From an uncultured Nitrospinaceae bacterium (GTDB lineage: Bacteria > UBA8248): DNA of 39,542 nt. A program made the translations under genes and the position numbers. Below, piece by piece: positions 11,055 through 23,627 of the stretch. The DNA is taken from positions 1 through 39,542 of the forward strand of contig CAXFSR010000011.1 in the NCBI GenBank assembly GCA_964005815.1, given 5' to 3'. Position 1 is the stretch's first letter; each line of letters starts with the position of its first letter. The notes beneath the pieces are model-generated. The model was not told the DNA's origin, did no database searches, and saw only the letters and a program-made list of their open reading frames with translations.

Positions 11055-12014
11055 TTAATTTTTTTCATCTATATTTTTTTGTTGCTTTAAAAAAGTCCTA
11101 TTCATAATGGCACTACGTCGAGTAAAAAAACCTTCACTTTCATCATCAAGAATGAAATTAGAGACATGATTAAATTTCGCATCAATATCATCAGCATAAT
11201 GAAGAAGAAGTGCTTCTAGAGTCATGGGAACCTTTACAGTGCCCCATTCTGTTTGACCTTGATGAGATAAAATTAGATGCTCCAATAGAATTAAGAAATC
11301 TTCTGGAAAATCAGGAATTTCAGATGCATGTTCCCTTACAATATCCCTTCCTAAAACAATGTGACCTATCAACTGACCTTTTTCAGTATATTCTGCCCCA
11401 CTTTTCTTAGAAAGCTCTTCTAACTTTCCTATATCATGTAAAATTGCTGCACAAACTAGCAAATCTTTTGAAATCTCATATTTATCTACAAAATAAAGAC
11501 AGGTCTTTGTCACCGAGAGTGTATGTTCTAACAATCCACCTACATAAGCGTGATGTATTTTAACTGCAGCAGGCCAAACACGAAAACGCTCGGAAAATTT
11601 ATCGAGTATGCTAATCAAAAGTTCTGAAATTTTTGGAGAACACCCCGAAGAAATATCGCGAATTTCATCCCACATTTCATCTATATCAAAATTGGTTTTT
11701 TTAAAACAAGAAGTTTCATCAAATCCTTCATTATAGTCTTCTTCTTTTACTTTTCGAACTTTGAAAATCTTTAACTGTTTTTGGTCTCTATAAGTTTCTA
11801 GAGAAACTCTTGCTTTAACAAAGTCCCCAGAAGAAATTTCTCCAAAGACCTGAGAATCTATCTCCCAAATTTTTGCGGAAATCGTGGCAGTATCGTCTTC
11901 GAGAAGAATATCCATATATTCTTTTCCTGTACGTGTTTCTTTTATTAATTTTTCACGCAAAAAAAAGAAACTGTCATACTGCTCCCCTAACTCCATCTCC
12001 TTTATCTTAGTCAT
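11055..12014 (-). CDS. OB-fold + HD-domain 3'-5' exoribonuclease, YhaM/Cbf1 family
   Basis: N-terminal OB fold, PAA..IHHAY.GGLLEHT, ILHDIGK..E, GHI..G, HLILSHQG..EWG, LHYADD.DA. Confidence 0.9.
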   Translation of the reverse strand: MTKIKEMELGEQYDSFFFLREKLIKETRTGKEYMDILLEDDTATISAKIWEIDSQVFGEISSGDFVKARVSLETYRDQKQLKIFKVRKVKEEDYNEGFDETSCFKKTNFDIDEMWDEIRDISSGCSPKISELLISILDKFSERFRVWPAAVKIHHAYVGGLLEHTLSVTKTCLYFVDKYEISKDLLVCAAILHDIGKLEELSKKSGAEYTEKGQLIGHIVLGRDIVREHASEIPDFPEDFLILLEHLILSHQGQTEWGTVKVPMTLEALLLHYADDIDAKFNHVSNFILDDESEGFFTRRSAIMNRTFLKQQKNIDEKN

Positions 12015-12145
12015 AGTTACTCCTGTCAGAGCAAAAATAGTTTAAAAAAACTAGAATGTCATTAAAACTTAAAATTGCTAAAATAATTACAAAGATATAA
12101 CCTAACTTAGTCGTTCATGAAATTACAGAAGGATTAAATAAGCAA

Positions 12146-12649
12146 ATGAGACATAAAAAACATTCTGTTCCTCTTCGCATATTTACCTTCTTTGTATTTA
12201 GTTCCATTTTATCATCATTCTTTCTTTTGGAAAAATCTCTTGCCAATCCAAGAGAAAAAGAATCTCCTCCTCCTAGATTAACAACAAAAGTAAAAAAAGT
12301 TATAGACTGTTCTACCTTCCTTATTGGAGGAGGACAGAGATCTACATTTATAGGAATTTCAAAAAATCAAAGAAAAAATATAGTCTCAAATTCATGCTTT
12401 AATTTTTTAAAAAAATTAATAGAAGGACAAACAGTAAAACTTGAAATTGACAAAACACTTATAGACCGCTACGGACAAGTTCAGTATTACGTATTCCTTG
12501 AAGATGGAACATTCGTGAACTTATTACTAATTATTAGAGGTTTCACCAGGGCAGTAATCAAATACCCAAATATTAGATATCAGAAAGAACTTCAAAACGC
12601 TGAAAAGCTAGCAAAAAAACACTCTAAAGGAATTTGGCAGAATTTCTAG
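12146..12649 (+). CDS. Thermonuclease (SNase-like) family protein with signal peptide/TM; catalytic residues degenerate
   Basis: V.KVIDxxTF, L..LIEG..V.LE.D, DRYG, VN..L...G, YPN..Y...L..AE..AK....GIW; hydrophobic N-terminus. Confidence 0.8.
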   Translation: MRHKKHSVPLRIFTFFVFSSILSSFFLLEKSLANPREKESPPPRLTTKVKKVIDCSTFLIGGGQRSTFIGISKNQRKNIVSNSCFNFLKKLIEGQTVKLEIDKTLIDRYGQVQYYVFLEDGTFVNLLLIIRGFTRAVIKYPNIRYQKELQNAEKLAKKHSKGIWQNF

Positions 12650-12671
12650 AAAATATAGCTTTTATAAATTC

Positions 12672-14021
12672 TTAACTTTCATTTGAAATTTCGGTTAAAA
12701 CTTCTTCTATGATTAAAACAGCGGTATCAATATCTTCTTTTTCGATAACTATCGGTGGCAAAAAAGCAAGAACATTCAAGTGATGGCCTCCAGGATATAA
12801 AAGCAAACCTTTTTCCAATGCCTTTTCACTACACTTTTTTGCTTTTGAAAGTGGAATCTTGCTTTTCCTGTCTTCTACCATCTCGATGCCTACCATCAAA
12901 CCTCTTCCTCTAATGTCCCCTATAATATGAAATTTATCTTTAAGAGAAACTAATTTTTTTAAGAAATATTCCCCCAAAGATTTTGCACGATCAGCATAAG
13001 ATTCTTCTTCATAAACTTCCATTGCTGCAAGAGATGCCGCGCAAGAAACTAGATTTCCTCCATAAGTACTTCCTTCAGTACCAGGGTTTGAAGATACAAT
13101 ATCACTGTTTACCACACATGCTGAAAGTGGAAATCCACCTGAAATTGATTTTCCTAAAACTATGATATCAGGTTCAGTTTCTACTTCATGTTGATAGGCA
13201 AAAGTTCTTCCCGTCCTACAAAAACCACTCATTACTTCATCAAAAATGAGAACTATGCTGTGTTTGTCACATAATTCTCTTAACCTTTTTAAAAAACCGA
13301 TGGGTGTGGGAATCATCCCACCATTCCCCTGAACTGGTTCAATAATTATCGCAGCCACATTCCCCCATCCACTACTTGGATTTGATAGAAATTCTTCAAT
13401 TAAGGAAATAGTACCTTCAATACATGAATTTTCATTTTGACCAAAGATACTTCTATACAAATAAGGATAAGGAATATGACGAGTACCAGGAATCAGTGAT
13501 CCAATTCCGTCCCTTTGACTTTTTCTACCCATTAACGACAAGGAACCGAGGGTTCTACCATGAAATGCACCTGTAAAAGCAACAATTTCTGATTTCCCTG
13601 TTTCTCTTCTTGCAATCTTCAAGGCAATTTCTGCGGCTTCACTTCCTCCTGTTCCTAGAATTACACTTCTTTTTGGTCCATTAAAAAATGATAATAATTT
13701 CTCCTGCATCTTTATTCTAACTTCTGAACCCATTGACATTGCTTGATGCATTTGAGTCGCTTGTCCACAAACAGCATCTACAATTTTTGGATGACAATGT
13801 CCAGCATTTAGAGATCCGTAACCTGCAACAAAATCAAGGAAAAGATTTCCATCCACATCTTCAATTTTAGAACCAAAAGCGTTCTTAGCTATTAAAGCAT
13901 TTTTACTCATTCCGAAACTAAGTGAAGCTTTCATTTCTGTATCTTTTAAACGAGATATTGCATCTAAGGTTTTTGGCCCAGGATGAGGATGTGAAATTTT
14001 TGGAACTAACATTTCGAGCAC
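12672..14021 (-). CDS. Class III PLP aminotransferase (4-aminobutyrate aminotransferase-like)
   Basis: DVDGN.FLDF, GH.HP, GSEA.E.ALK.AR, FHGRT, EPVQG.GG, DEV.SGF.RTG, GKSISGG.P. Start may instead be ATG at 14012. Confidence 0.92.
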   Translation of the reverse strand: MLEMLVPKISHPHPGPKTLDAISRLKDTEMKASLSFGMSKNALIAKNAFGSKIEDVDGNLFLDFVAGYGSLNAGHCHPKIVDAVCGQATQMHQAMSMGSEVRIKMQEKLLSFFNGPKRSVILGTGGSEAAEIALKIARRETGKSEIVAFTGAFHGRTLGSLSLMGRKSQRDGIGSLIPGTRHIPYPYLYRSIFGQNENSCIEGTISLIEEFLSNPSSGWGNVAAIIIEPVQGNGGMIPTPIGFLKRLRELCDKHSIVLIFDEVMSGFCRTGRTFAYQHEVETEPDIIVLGKSISGGFPLSACVVNSDIVSSNPGTEGSTYGGNLVSCAASLAAMEVYEEESYADRAKSLGEYFLKKLVSLKDKFHIIGDIRGRGLMVGIEMVEDRKSKIPLSKAKKCSEKALEKGLLLYPGGHHLNVLAFLPPIVIEKEDIDTAVLIIEEVLTEISNES

Positions 14022-14175
14022 CTTTTAATTTACAAACCTTAAAGTAGTAAAATGACCAGAGTACGAAAAACAACTTCAAAAAATAGTTAGCTTGTCAATT
14101 GGAGATTAAATATATACCTTAGTCAATGCGCCTAAAAATATTATATCACAACAATTTCTCGTACTAGAGTAAAAA

Positions 14176-15417
14176 ATGTTTAAGAAGATTTATTTTGGCT
14201 GGTTTGTTTTAGCTGGTGCATTTATTCTTATTTTTATGGGAATGAGTGCACGACAATCTTTCGGCATATTTTTCAAGCCCATGATGGAAGAATTTCAATT
14301 AAGCAGAGCCGCACTTTCCCTTCCCGCTTCATTAGCCTTAATTTTATACGGTATATCTCAACCAATAGGTGGGTTGATGATAAATCGCTATGGAGCAAAA
14401 AAAGTAGTAGCTTTTGGATCCTTAATAACAACTATAGGTGTATTGGGAATGAGCCAAATCAGTTCGATTTGGGGTATCTATTTTTTTTATGGCTTTCTAT
14501 TAGGTGTAGGTGGAACAGGTAATAGTTTTGTAGCTTTAACACCTGTGCTATCTAACTGGTTTGAACATAGAAGGGGAATGGCTCTATCAATAATGAGTTC
14601 AGGAACAAGTTTGGGACAATTATGCTTAATACCTGTTTTCGCTTATTTAGTCGAAATGGTGACATGGAGAACTGCATTAATGTACATAGGAATACTTTTT
14701 GCATTTACTATTCTTCCAATTTCATTTTTTATAATCAAAGATGGTCCTTCTAAAGACTCTAAAAATTCAAAAAACAAAAAAGAGGTCAAAACGCAGAAAA
14801 TTCCTTTTCCATACGACATCCCATGGGTTGAGTGTCTCCATAAAAAACCTTTTATATTTTTAACATCAAGTTTTTTCACTTGTGGTTTTACGGTTACTGT
14901 AATTACTGTTCATTGGATTCCTTTTGCGACTGATTTAAATTTTTCTGCTACCACAGCTGCATTAGCTTTTGCAGTGGGAGGTGGATTGAACACAATTGGA
15001 ACATTAATTGTAGGACCACTCTCTGATAAATTAGGTCGAAAAATACCACTTAGTATGGTTTATGCAGTTAGAAGTTTAGGGTTCATTTTATTTATCCTAT
15101 ATAAAAATGATTTCACGCTATGGGCAACTCCATTATTAATCGGATTAACCTGGATTGCGACAGTACCACTAACCTCTGCTCTGACAGTTGATTTTTTTGG
15201 CAGTAAAAATGTAGCTATACTTTTTGGATTGATAACTCTTAGTCATCAATTAGGTGCAGGATTAAGTGCTTGGTTATGTGGTTATATTTTTGATATTACT
15301 GGAAGCTACGACCTTGCATTTACGTTGGCTGCTTACCTATGTATTCAAGCGGCGGTGATAGTTTATTTCATAAACGAAAAAGAAGTCTTGCGGATGAGAC
15401 AAGAAGCAACGGCATAG
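14176..15417 (+). CDS. MFS transporter (OFA/MCT-like)
   Basis: About 12 hydrophobic segments, WF..RRG.A, G.LSDKLGRK motif A. Confidence 0.92.
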   Translation: MFKKIYFGWFVLAGAFILIFMGMSARQSFGIFFKPMMEEFQLSRAALSLPASLALILYGISQPIGGLMINRYGAKKVVAFGSLITTIGVLGMSQISSIWGIYFFYGFLLGVGGTGNSFVALTPVLSNWFEHRRGMALSIMSSGTSLGQLCLIPVFAYLVEMVTWRTALMYIGILFAFTILPISFFIIKDGPSKDSKNSKNKKEVKTQKIPFPYDIPWVECLHKKPFIFLTSSFFTCGFTVTVITVHWIPFATDLNFSATTAALAFAVGGGLNTIGTLIVGPLSDKLGRKIPLSMVYAVRSLGFILFILYKNDFTLWATPLLIGLTWIATVPLTSALTVDFFGSKNVAILFGLITLSHQLGAGLSAWLCGYIFDITGSYDLAFTLAAYLCIQAAVIVYFINEKEVLRMRQEATA

Positions 15418-15545
15418 AAAAAACAAATACTCCTTTCTTCACCCCCTTGTTTACAAATACGGTATATAACATTAAAGTTCGTAAATATTGTCTAAGAAAT
15501 TATTTGAAACTTTAAAAACTCTTCAGACCTTAATACGGGTGTTAA

Positions 15546-16883
15546 ATGAATTATAATTGCTGGTTAAGATGCACTAATGAAAATTGTGAAACCTCTTATT
15601 CCGTTTTCGAGACAATTTATAGATGTCGTAAATGTGGAGAGTTGCTTGAAGTAGAACATGATTTGAAACAACTTCAAACAAAGAGCGCATCCGAATGGAG
15701 ACATTTATTCGATGATCGATACAAAAGGAATAGTTGGCCACACGGTAGCGGGGTCTGGGGAAAAAAAGAGTGGATTTTCCCAAATGTTGAAAATGAAAAT
15801 ATTATTTCTTTCTATGAAGGCGGAACCAATTTATTCTGGGCAGAACGTCTTGAAAAAGAACTTGGACTTTCAGAACTTTGGATAAAGCAATGTGGAAATA
15901 GTCATACAGGTTCATTTAAAGATCTAGGCATGACTGTTTTAGTATCTGCAACAAAACAAATGATTAGTGATGGCAAAGAGATAAAAGCGCTTGCATGTGC
16001 CTCAACAGGAGATACCTCTGCGGCACTAGCAGCCTATGCTGCTGCTGCAAATATCCCATCTTTAATTTTTCTTCCAAAAGACAAGGTCTCTGTTGCACAG
16101 TTAATTCAACCTATTACAAATGGGGCATTAGTTTTATCCATTGATACTGATTTTGACGGTTGTATGGAGATTGTTCAAAAAGTTTGCGAGAAACATCCTA
16201 TTTATCTTGCTAACAGCATCAATTCAATTAGATTAGAAGGACAAAAAACTGTAAGTATAGAACTTACACAACAATTTAACTGGGAAGTCCCTGATGTAAT
16301 AATCATTCCAGGAGGAAATCTAGGAAATATTAGCGCATTGGGAAAAGGATTCCTACAAATGCAACAATTAGGTCTCATAGATAAACTTCCTCGACTTGTT
16401 TGTGCACAGGCGAAAAATGCGAATCCTCTTTACCGCTCATATCTAAATAAGTTTAAAACCTTTGAATCTATCAAAGCAGAAACTACTCTAGCTACTGCGA
16501 TCCAAATTGGAAATCCAGTGAGTTTCAAACGTGCAATTAAAACTCTTGAAAAGTTTAATGGAATTGTTGGAGAAGCAACTGAAGAAGAACTTGCAAACGC
16601 TATGGCTAGAGCAGATAAGACGGGTATGTATAATTGCCCTCAAACTGGAGTAGCTTTAGCAGTTTTAGAAAAATTAATCAAAAAAGGAGAAATTGATCCG
16701 AAGGAAAAGGTTGTGGTGATTTCTACCGCTCATGGTCTAAAGTTTACAGAAGTAAAAATCAAATATCATCAAGATCAGATTGAAGGTATTTCAAATATAC
16801 ATTCCAACGAACCTGTTGATTTGCCGAATGATTTAGATAAAGTTTTATCTACGTTAGATAAATATTTCAAAGAAAAAAAATAA
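15546..16883 (+). CDS. thrC: Threonine synthase (plant-like subfamily)
   Basis: [16 protein letters not shown] (PLP Lys), [37 protein letters not shown]-terminal Cys cluster. Confidence 0.95.
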   Translation: MNYNCWLRCTNENCETSYSVFETIYRCRKCGELLEVEHDLKQLQTKSASEWRHLFDDRYKRNSWPHGSGVWGKKEWIFPNVENENIISFYEGGTNLFWAERLEKELGLSELWIKQCGNSHTGSFKDLGMTVLVSATKQMISDGKEIKALACASTGDTSAALAAYAAAANIPSLIFLPKDKVSVAQLIQPITNGALVLSIDTDFDGCMEIVQKVCEKHPIYLANSINSIRLEGQKTVSIELTQQFNWEVPDVIIIPGGNLGNISALGKGFLQMQQLGLIDKLPRLVCAQAKNANPLYRSYLNKFKTFESIKAETTLATAIQIGNPVSFKRAIKTLEKFNGIVGEATEEELANAMARADKTGMYNCPQTGVALAVLEKLIKKGEIDPKEKVVVISTAHGLKFTEVKIKYHQDQIEGISNIHSNEPVDLPNDLDKVLSTLDKYFKEKK

Positions 16884-16903
16884 TTTATACCCAGAGAAAA
16901 ACT

Positions 16904-18064
16904 ATGAGTAAAAAAGAAACGAACGACTTGAAAAATGTCTCTGATAAGAACCCACTTATAGCACCACTGTACCAAACAGCATCTTTCTCATTTAAAGATA
17001 CAGCAGAATTGGCAAGATTTCATAACGGGGAAGAAAAAAATAAATTTCTATATTCTCGCTTTGAGAATCCTACTACTGTTGCTGCAGAAACATACTTATC
17101 CAATATAGAGAAATCTGAATCTTCACTTTTGTTTTCAAGTGGAATGGCGGCAATAACTTGCTCTCTAATTTCTTTGCTCGGACCAAAGAAAAAATTGATT
17201 TTGCCTGAAACTACGTATCGTCATACAAGAGATTTCGCTGACAAAATTCTCTCCAAATACGGAGTTGAGATTTTAACTATTTCAAATTTCAATATAGAGA
17301 CTCTTGAACAAATTCAAGAAAAGGAAATCAGAGTACTCTTCGCTGAAATCCCTTCAAATCCCCTTCTCTCCATCCCTGATATAGAAAAATTGTCAGAATG
17401 GTCTCATAACAACAAGGTTCACCTCATTGTTGACTCTACAATAGCTTCACCCGCGATATTAAATCCATTGGAGTATGGAGCAGATCTTGTCATTCATAGC
17501 GCAACTAAATACCTGTCTGGACACAACGATATAGTTGCAGGTTCAATTTCAGGATCTGAAAATTTAATAGATGCCTTAAAAGAACAAAGAATGCTATTAG
17601 GTTCTACTCTAGGGATAAACGAAGCATTCTTATTACATAGAGGCATGAAAACTCTAGGAATTCGAATGGCAAAGATTTCTGAAACAGCTTTAAAATTAGC
17701 AGAATTTTTAGAAGCCCACAAAAAAATTAAAAATGTTTTTTATCCAGGACTTGAGAGCCATCCTAATCACAAGAACGCTTTAAAATACTTAAAGAATACG
17801 TTTGGGGGACTTATAAGCTTTGAACTAAAAGACCATACAATTACTGACAGGTTTATCGACAACCTTAAAGTATCTTTTCTTGCTGCAGGTTTTGGAGGTA
17901 TTGAGAGTCAAGCTGAGCATCACACGAGAATGGCATATCCTGATCTAGGAAAAGACAATCCACTTCTTACTTGTATTCCTGAAGGTCTAATACGATTTTC
18001 TGTTGGACTAGATGATTTCGAAATTCTAAGAGACGATATAAATCAAGCTCTAAGAAAATGCTAG
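16904..18064 (+). CDS. Cys/Met-metabolism PLP enzyme, probable cystathionine gamma-synthase (plant-like)
   Basis: YSRFENPT, SSGMAA, E.PSNP, VDST.A.P, GADLVIHSATKYLSGHND, RGMKTL, YPGL..HP; YRHTRDF in place of the usual bacterial YGGT. Confidence 0.85.
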   Translation: MSKKETNDLKNVSDKNPLIAPLYQTASFSFKDTAELARFHNGEEKNKFLYSRFENPTTVAAETYLSNIEKSESSLLFSSGMAAITCSLISLLGPKKKLILPETTYRHTRDFADKILSKYGVEILTISNFNIETLEQIQEKEIRVLFAEIPSNPLLSIPDIEKLSEWSHNNKVHLIVDSTIASPAILNPLEYGADLVIHSATKYLSGHNDIVAGSISGSENLIDALKEQRMLLGSTLGINEAFLLHRGMKTLGIRMAKISETALKLAEFLEAHKKIKNVFYPGLESHPNHKNALKYLKNTFGGLISFELKDHTITDRFIDNLKVSFLAAGFGGIESQAEHHTRMAYPDLGKDNPLLTCIPEGLIRFSVGLDDFEILRDDINQALRKC

Positions 18065-18081
18065 AAAATAAAACCAAACTG

Positions 18082-18915
18082 TTATACAGGATACCATCCT
18101 TCTATAGGTGGTACGATTAGAATTTCATTCTCAAAGTCACTTCCAGAATGAAATTCTCTACACAATTCATTAACTACTTCTTTCTCTTCCTCACTATTAA
18201 CTCTTCCCGAAATCAAAAGTTTATTATTTTCTCCTAAAGAAACATTAATGCCTGTAGCGTCTAATCTGTCATCTGCCATTAATCTAGCTTTGATTTTTTG
18301 AGAATAAGAAAGATCTTTAAGTTTATTTAAGGATGAAGAATCAATCTGAAATCCTTTATCTTCTTTCAGAAGTTCTAAAATAGATTCTTTTGCCTCTTCA
18401 AAAGTAATTTTTTGTGTATTAATCACAAGATCATAATTTACGGCTTCTCCCCATTCTGCATTGAAGAAATGTCTAGAATAAGAAATCCTCTCTTGATCAT
18501 TGTGTTCTATAAATTTCTCCGCCATATTTTTAGTTATCTCTTCGTTTTCAACTAAACGACTGGCCCTCACATCAACCGGAGCTATTACTCGAACTCTTAA
18601 AACACCTGGGATATCTGACAAAATGATATTGCTTCCCCTTCCAAGCAAAACACAGTTCCCCTTAATAGCATATTCGAACATTATTGCTCGAACTACATCA
18701 TGATAGACTAATTGACTGTCTCTGAAGAAACGTTCTACAAGACCTGGTTTTCGTTCATCAATATGCTCAAGTTCTTCACGAACATATCCAAATTCTTCAG
18801 CAGCCTTAGAAAAAGCCGCGTTATCTAAAAGATCCCAATTTAGACTTTGGGCTACTAACCTAGCAATAATATCTCCACCACTACCCAACTGTCTAGAAAT
18901 AGTGACAATACCCAT
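18082..18915 (-). CDS. Cytidylate kinase-like family protein with C-terminal BON domain
   Basis: VTISRQLGSGG, V..GRG, R..Y..FF...W.....YDLVINT, followed by a BON-like C-terminus (IKARL..D.RL....INV....L.ISG.V). Start placed at ATG 18915 (GGGGGAG RBS). Confidence 0.8.
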   Translation of the reverse strand: MGIVTISRQLGSGGDIIARLVAQSLNWDLLDNAAFSKAAEEFGYVREELEHIDERKPGLVERFFRDSQLVYHDVVRAIMFEYAIKGNCVLLGRGSNIILSDIPGVLRVRVIAPVDVRASRLVENEEITKNMAEKFIEHNDQERISYSRHFFNAEWGEAVNYDLVINTQKITFEEAKESILELLKEDKGFQIDSSSLNKLKDLSYSQKIKARLMADDRLDATGINVSLGENNKLLISGRVNSEEEKEVVNELCREFHSGSDFENEILIVPPIEGWYPV

Positions 18916-18973
18916 TTTCTCCCCCGAAATTAATTGTTTATACAAATTCTATGAAAAAAAAATTAAAATGTCA

Positions 18974-20245
18974 TTATTTTTTTTTAAACTTCCTAAGTTG
19001 CAATCTATAGTAGATATTTTTCGGTTTAATAAGAATTGCTTTTTTTATGTACTGAAGTGACTTTTTACGTTCACCTTTCTTAAAGTGCAATTCTGCAAGA
19101 GTGTCTAGATAGGATGGATTTTCCGGAGAAAGTTCTAAAGACTTTCTAGACATTTGAATGCCTTTATCCAAACAATTCATTTTCATTGAACAAAACCAAG
19201 CAAGTCTATTCAAAGCATGATGAGATTCAGGGGAGTTCAGAAGTAACTTCTCAAAGTATTTCTTGGACTTACTAATATTTTTAGCCTTCCAAAATAATTC
19301 ACCCAATTCCAATAAAATTTTTTCCGAATTTGGATGTATTTTCAAAATGCTTTCAAGAAATTTTCGTGAACTTTTTAAAAGACCTCTCTTTTGATACAGC
19401 TTTGCAGCTTTTAAATACATATCTATATTTGTTTTATGTATCGAACCACCTTTTTTATACACATTTATTGCATTTCTATACATTCCAGAACGAATATAAA
19501 CTTTGGCTAAACTATCATAAACATCCAACCAATCTGGATCAATTTTCAATACTTTCTTATATCCCAGAATAGCTTTTTGAGGATATCCCAACTTTTCATA
19601 GGTCTTAGAAATCAAAAATAAAAGTTTCGGATTATCAGGATAAAATTTTAAATACTTTTCGACTAATGCTTTGGCTTTCTCATATTGTTTCAGGAAAAAT
19701 AGTTTCTCAACCTCTATTGTTATTTCAATAGGATGTGGACCATCATAAGACATCTTTTCAGGAATCTTTTGTTTTGAAATTATAGAATTAATTAAGTTGA
19801 TTCTTTCTATTACAACACTATCTCCCTTGTCGAATCCTAGAGCGTTTTTATATTTCTCCAGTGCCTTCTTGAAGTTCTTCTTTTTAAAATGAATATCTCC
19901 AGAAAGAATAATCGCTTCGATATTCTGTGGCTCTATTGCTAACAATCCACGCAATTCTAAAAGAGATTTAGAAAATTGAGCATCTTGAAAGTATAATTTT
20001 GCAAGTTTAAATTTCAAAAATGATTGTCTACTACTAGTAATCAAAGATGCTCTTTTTAATATCTTAATAGATTTTTTACGATTCCCCTGCTTCAACTCAG
20101 AACGGAATCTAACTTCTAATTCTTTAACTTCTTGGTTTATGAACTTTTTTTCAAGATGATCGTTAGATTCTGAATTTCCGGAGACAAACAAACAAATGAA
20201 GAGTAGAAAAGATGGAATAAAAATTGATTTCTTATTCAATTTCAT
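18974..20245 (-). CDS. Exported tetratricopeptide-repeat protein
   Basis: Signal-like N-terminus (MKLNKKSIFIPSFLLFICLFV), multiple TPR-like repeats, LNRLAW...YLDTLAE motif. Start uncertain (ORF is open from 20311). Confidence 0.8.
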   Translation of the reverse strand: MKLNKKSIFIPSFLLFICLFVSGNSESNDHLEKKFINQEVKELEVRFRSELKQGNRKKSIKILKRASLITSSRQSFLKFKLAKLYFQDAQFSKSLLELRGLLAIEPQNIEAIILSGDIHFKKKNFKKALEKYKNALGFDKGDSVVIERINLINSIISKQKIPEKMSYDGPHPIEITIEVEKLFFLKQYEKAKALVEKYLKFYPDNPKLLFLISKTYEKLGYPQKAILGYKKVLKIDPDWLDVYDSLAKVYIRSGMYRNAINVYKKGGSIHKTNIDMYLKAAKLYQKRGLLKSSRKFLESILKIHPNSEKILLELGELFWKAKNISKSKKYFEKLLLNSPESHHALNRLAWFCSMKMNCLDKGIQMSRKSLELSPENPSYLDTLAELHFKKGERKKSLQYIKKAILIKPKNIYYRLQLRKFKKK

Positions 20246-20315
20246 GAAATCACTTCTAAATGTATTAAATTGATGGAAAAAACTCATACTGTTTACGACT
20301 GCTCTTCTCAATCAT

Positions 20316-21146
20316 TTATAAATTCCGACATATTTTATCTATTGCAATAAGTGTCTTAGTAACTTCGTAGAGATCCTCTAAGTTGAGCATACTTGGGCCA
20401 TCAGATAAAGCATTGTCTGGTGATGGATGACATTCAATAAAAAAACCATTAACACCCACCGCAGAAGCAGCTCTGGCCAGAGGGAAAATCATATCTCTAT
20501 CCCCACCACTTTGTGTTCCAAGAGACCCAGGACTCTGAACACTATGAGAAGCATCAAAGATAATTGGACATTCAGTTTCTCGCATCCTAACAATAGAACG
20601 CATATCAGAAACTAAATCGTTGTATCCAAAAGTCGTTCCTCTTTCAGTAATTAAAATGCTTTCACATCCATAACTATGAAATTTTAAGATTACATTTTTC
20701 ATGTCGGAAGGTGAGAGAAACTGGCCTTTCTTGACATTGACAACTCTTCCAGATTCAGATGCTGACTTAATCAAATCAGTCTGTCTACATAAAAAAGCAG
20801 GTATCTGAAGGATATCAAGAATTCCTGACGATTGTTCAATATCAGAAACAGAGTGAACATCAGACAAAATCGGCAATCCTGTTTTCTCTTTAACTTCTGA
20901 AAGGACAGCCAATCCATCCTCTAATCCAGGACCCCTAAAAGAAGATGAAGAGCTTCGATTTGCCTTATCGAATGATGATTTAAAAATTACATTTAGATTT
21001 AACTCATCAGATATTTTTCTAAGTACTTCTGCACATTTGAAAGTAATTTCTTTATTTTCTATAACACATGGTCCTGCAATTATAACAGGAGGAGAATCCC
21101 CTCCAATCACAAAATCTCCAACATTAACCTCTCTTGATGAATTCAA
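20316..21146 (-). CDS. kdsA: KDO 8-phosphate synthase
   Basis: AGPCVIE, KSSFDKANRSS, QIPAFLCRQTDL, KKGQF, ERG..FGY, DASHSVQ, SDGP. Confidence 0.98.
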   Translation of the reverse strand: MNSSREVNVGDFVIGGDSPPVIIAGPCVIENKEITFKCAEVLRKISDELNLNVIFKSSFDKANRSSSSSFRGPGLEDGLAVLSEVKEKTGLPILSDVHSVSDIEQSSGILDILQIPAFLCRQTDLIKSASESGRVVNVKKGQFLSPSDMKNVILKFHSYGCESILITERGTTFGYNDLVSDMRSIVRMRETECPIIFDASHSVQSPGSLGTQSGGDRDMIFPLARAASAVGVNGFFIECHPSPDNALSDGPSMLNLEDLYEVTKTLIAIDKICRNL

Positions 21147-21182
21147 TTTTTACCCTTGATTTCAAACTTATAGATTTAATTT

Positions 21183-23596
<2,414 letters not shown>

Positions 23597-23627
23597 ATCA
23601 ACACCAAGAATGAGTTTTTATCTCTTT

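Noticed and set aside
15418..15545. Possible SAM riboswitch, T-box or attenuator upstream of thrC
   Set aside because: AT-rich, with no recognisable conserved aptamer, leader peptide or terminator hairpin by eye.
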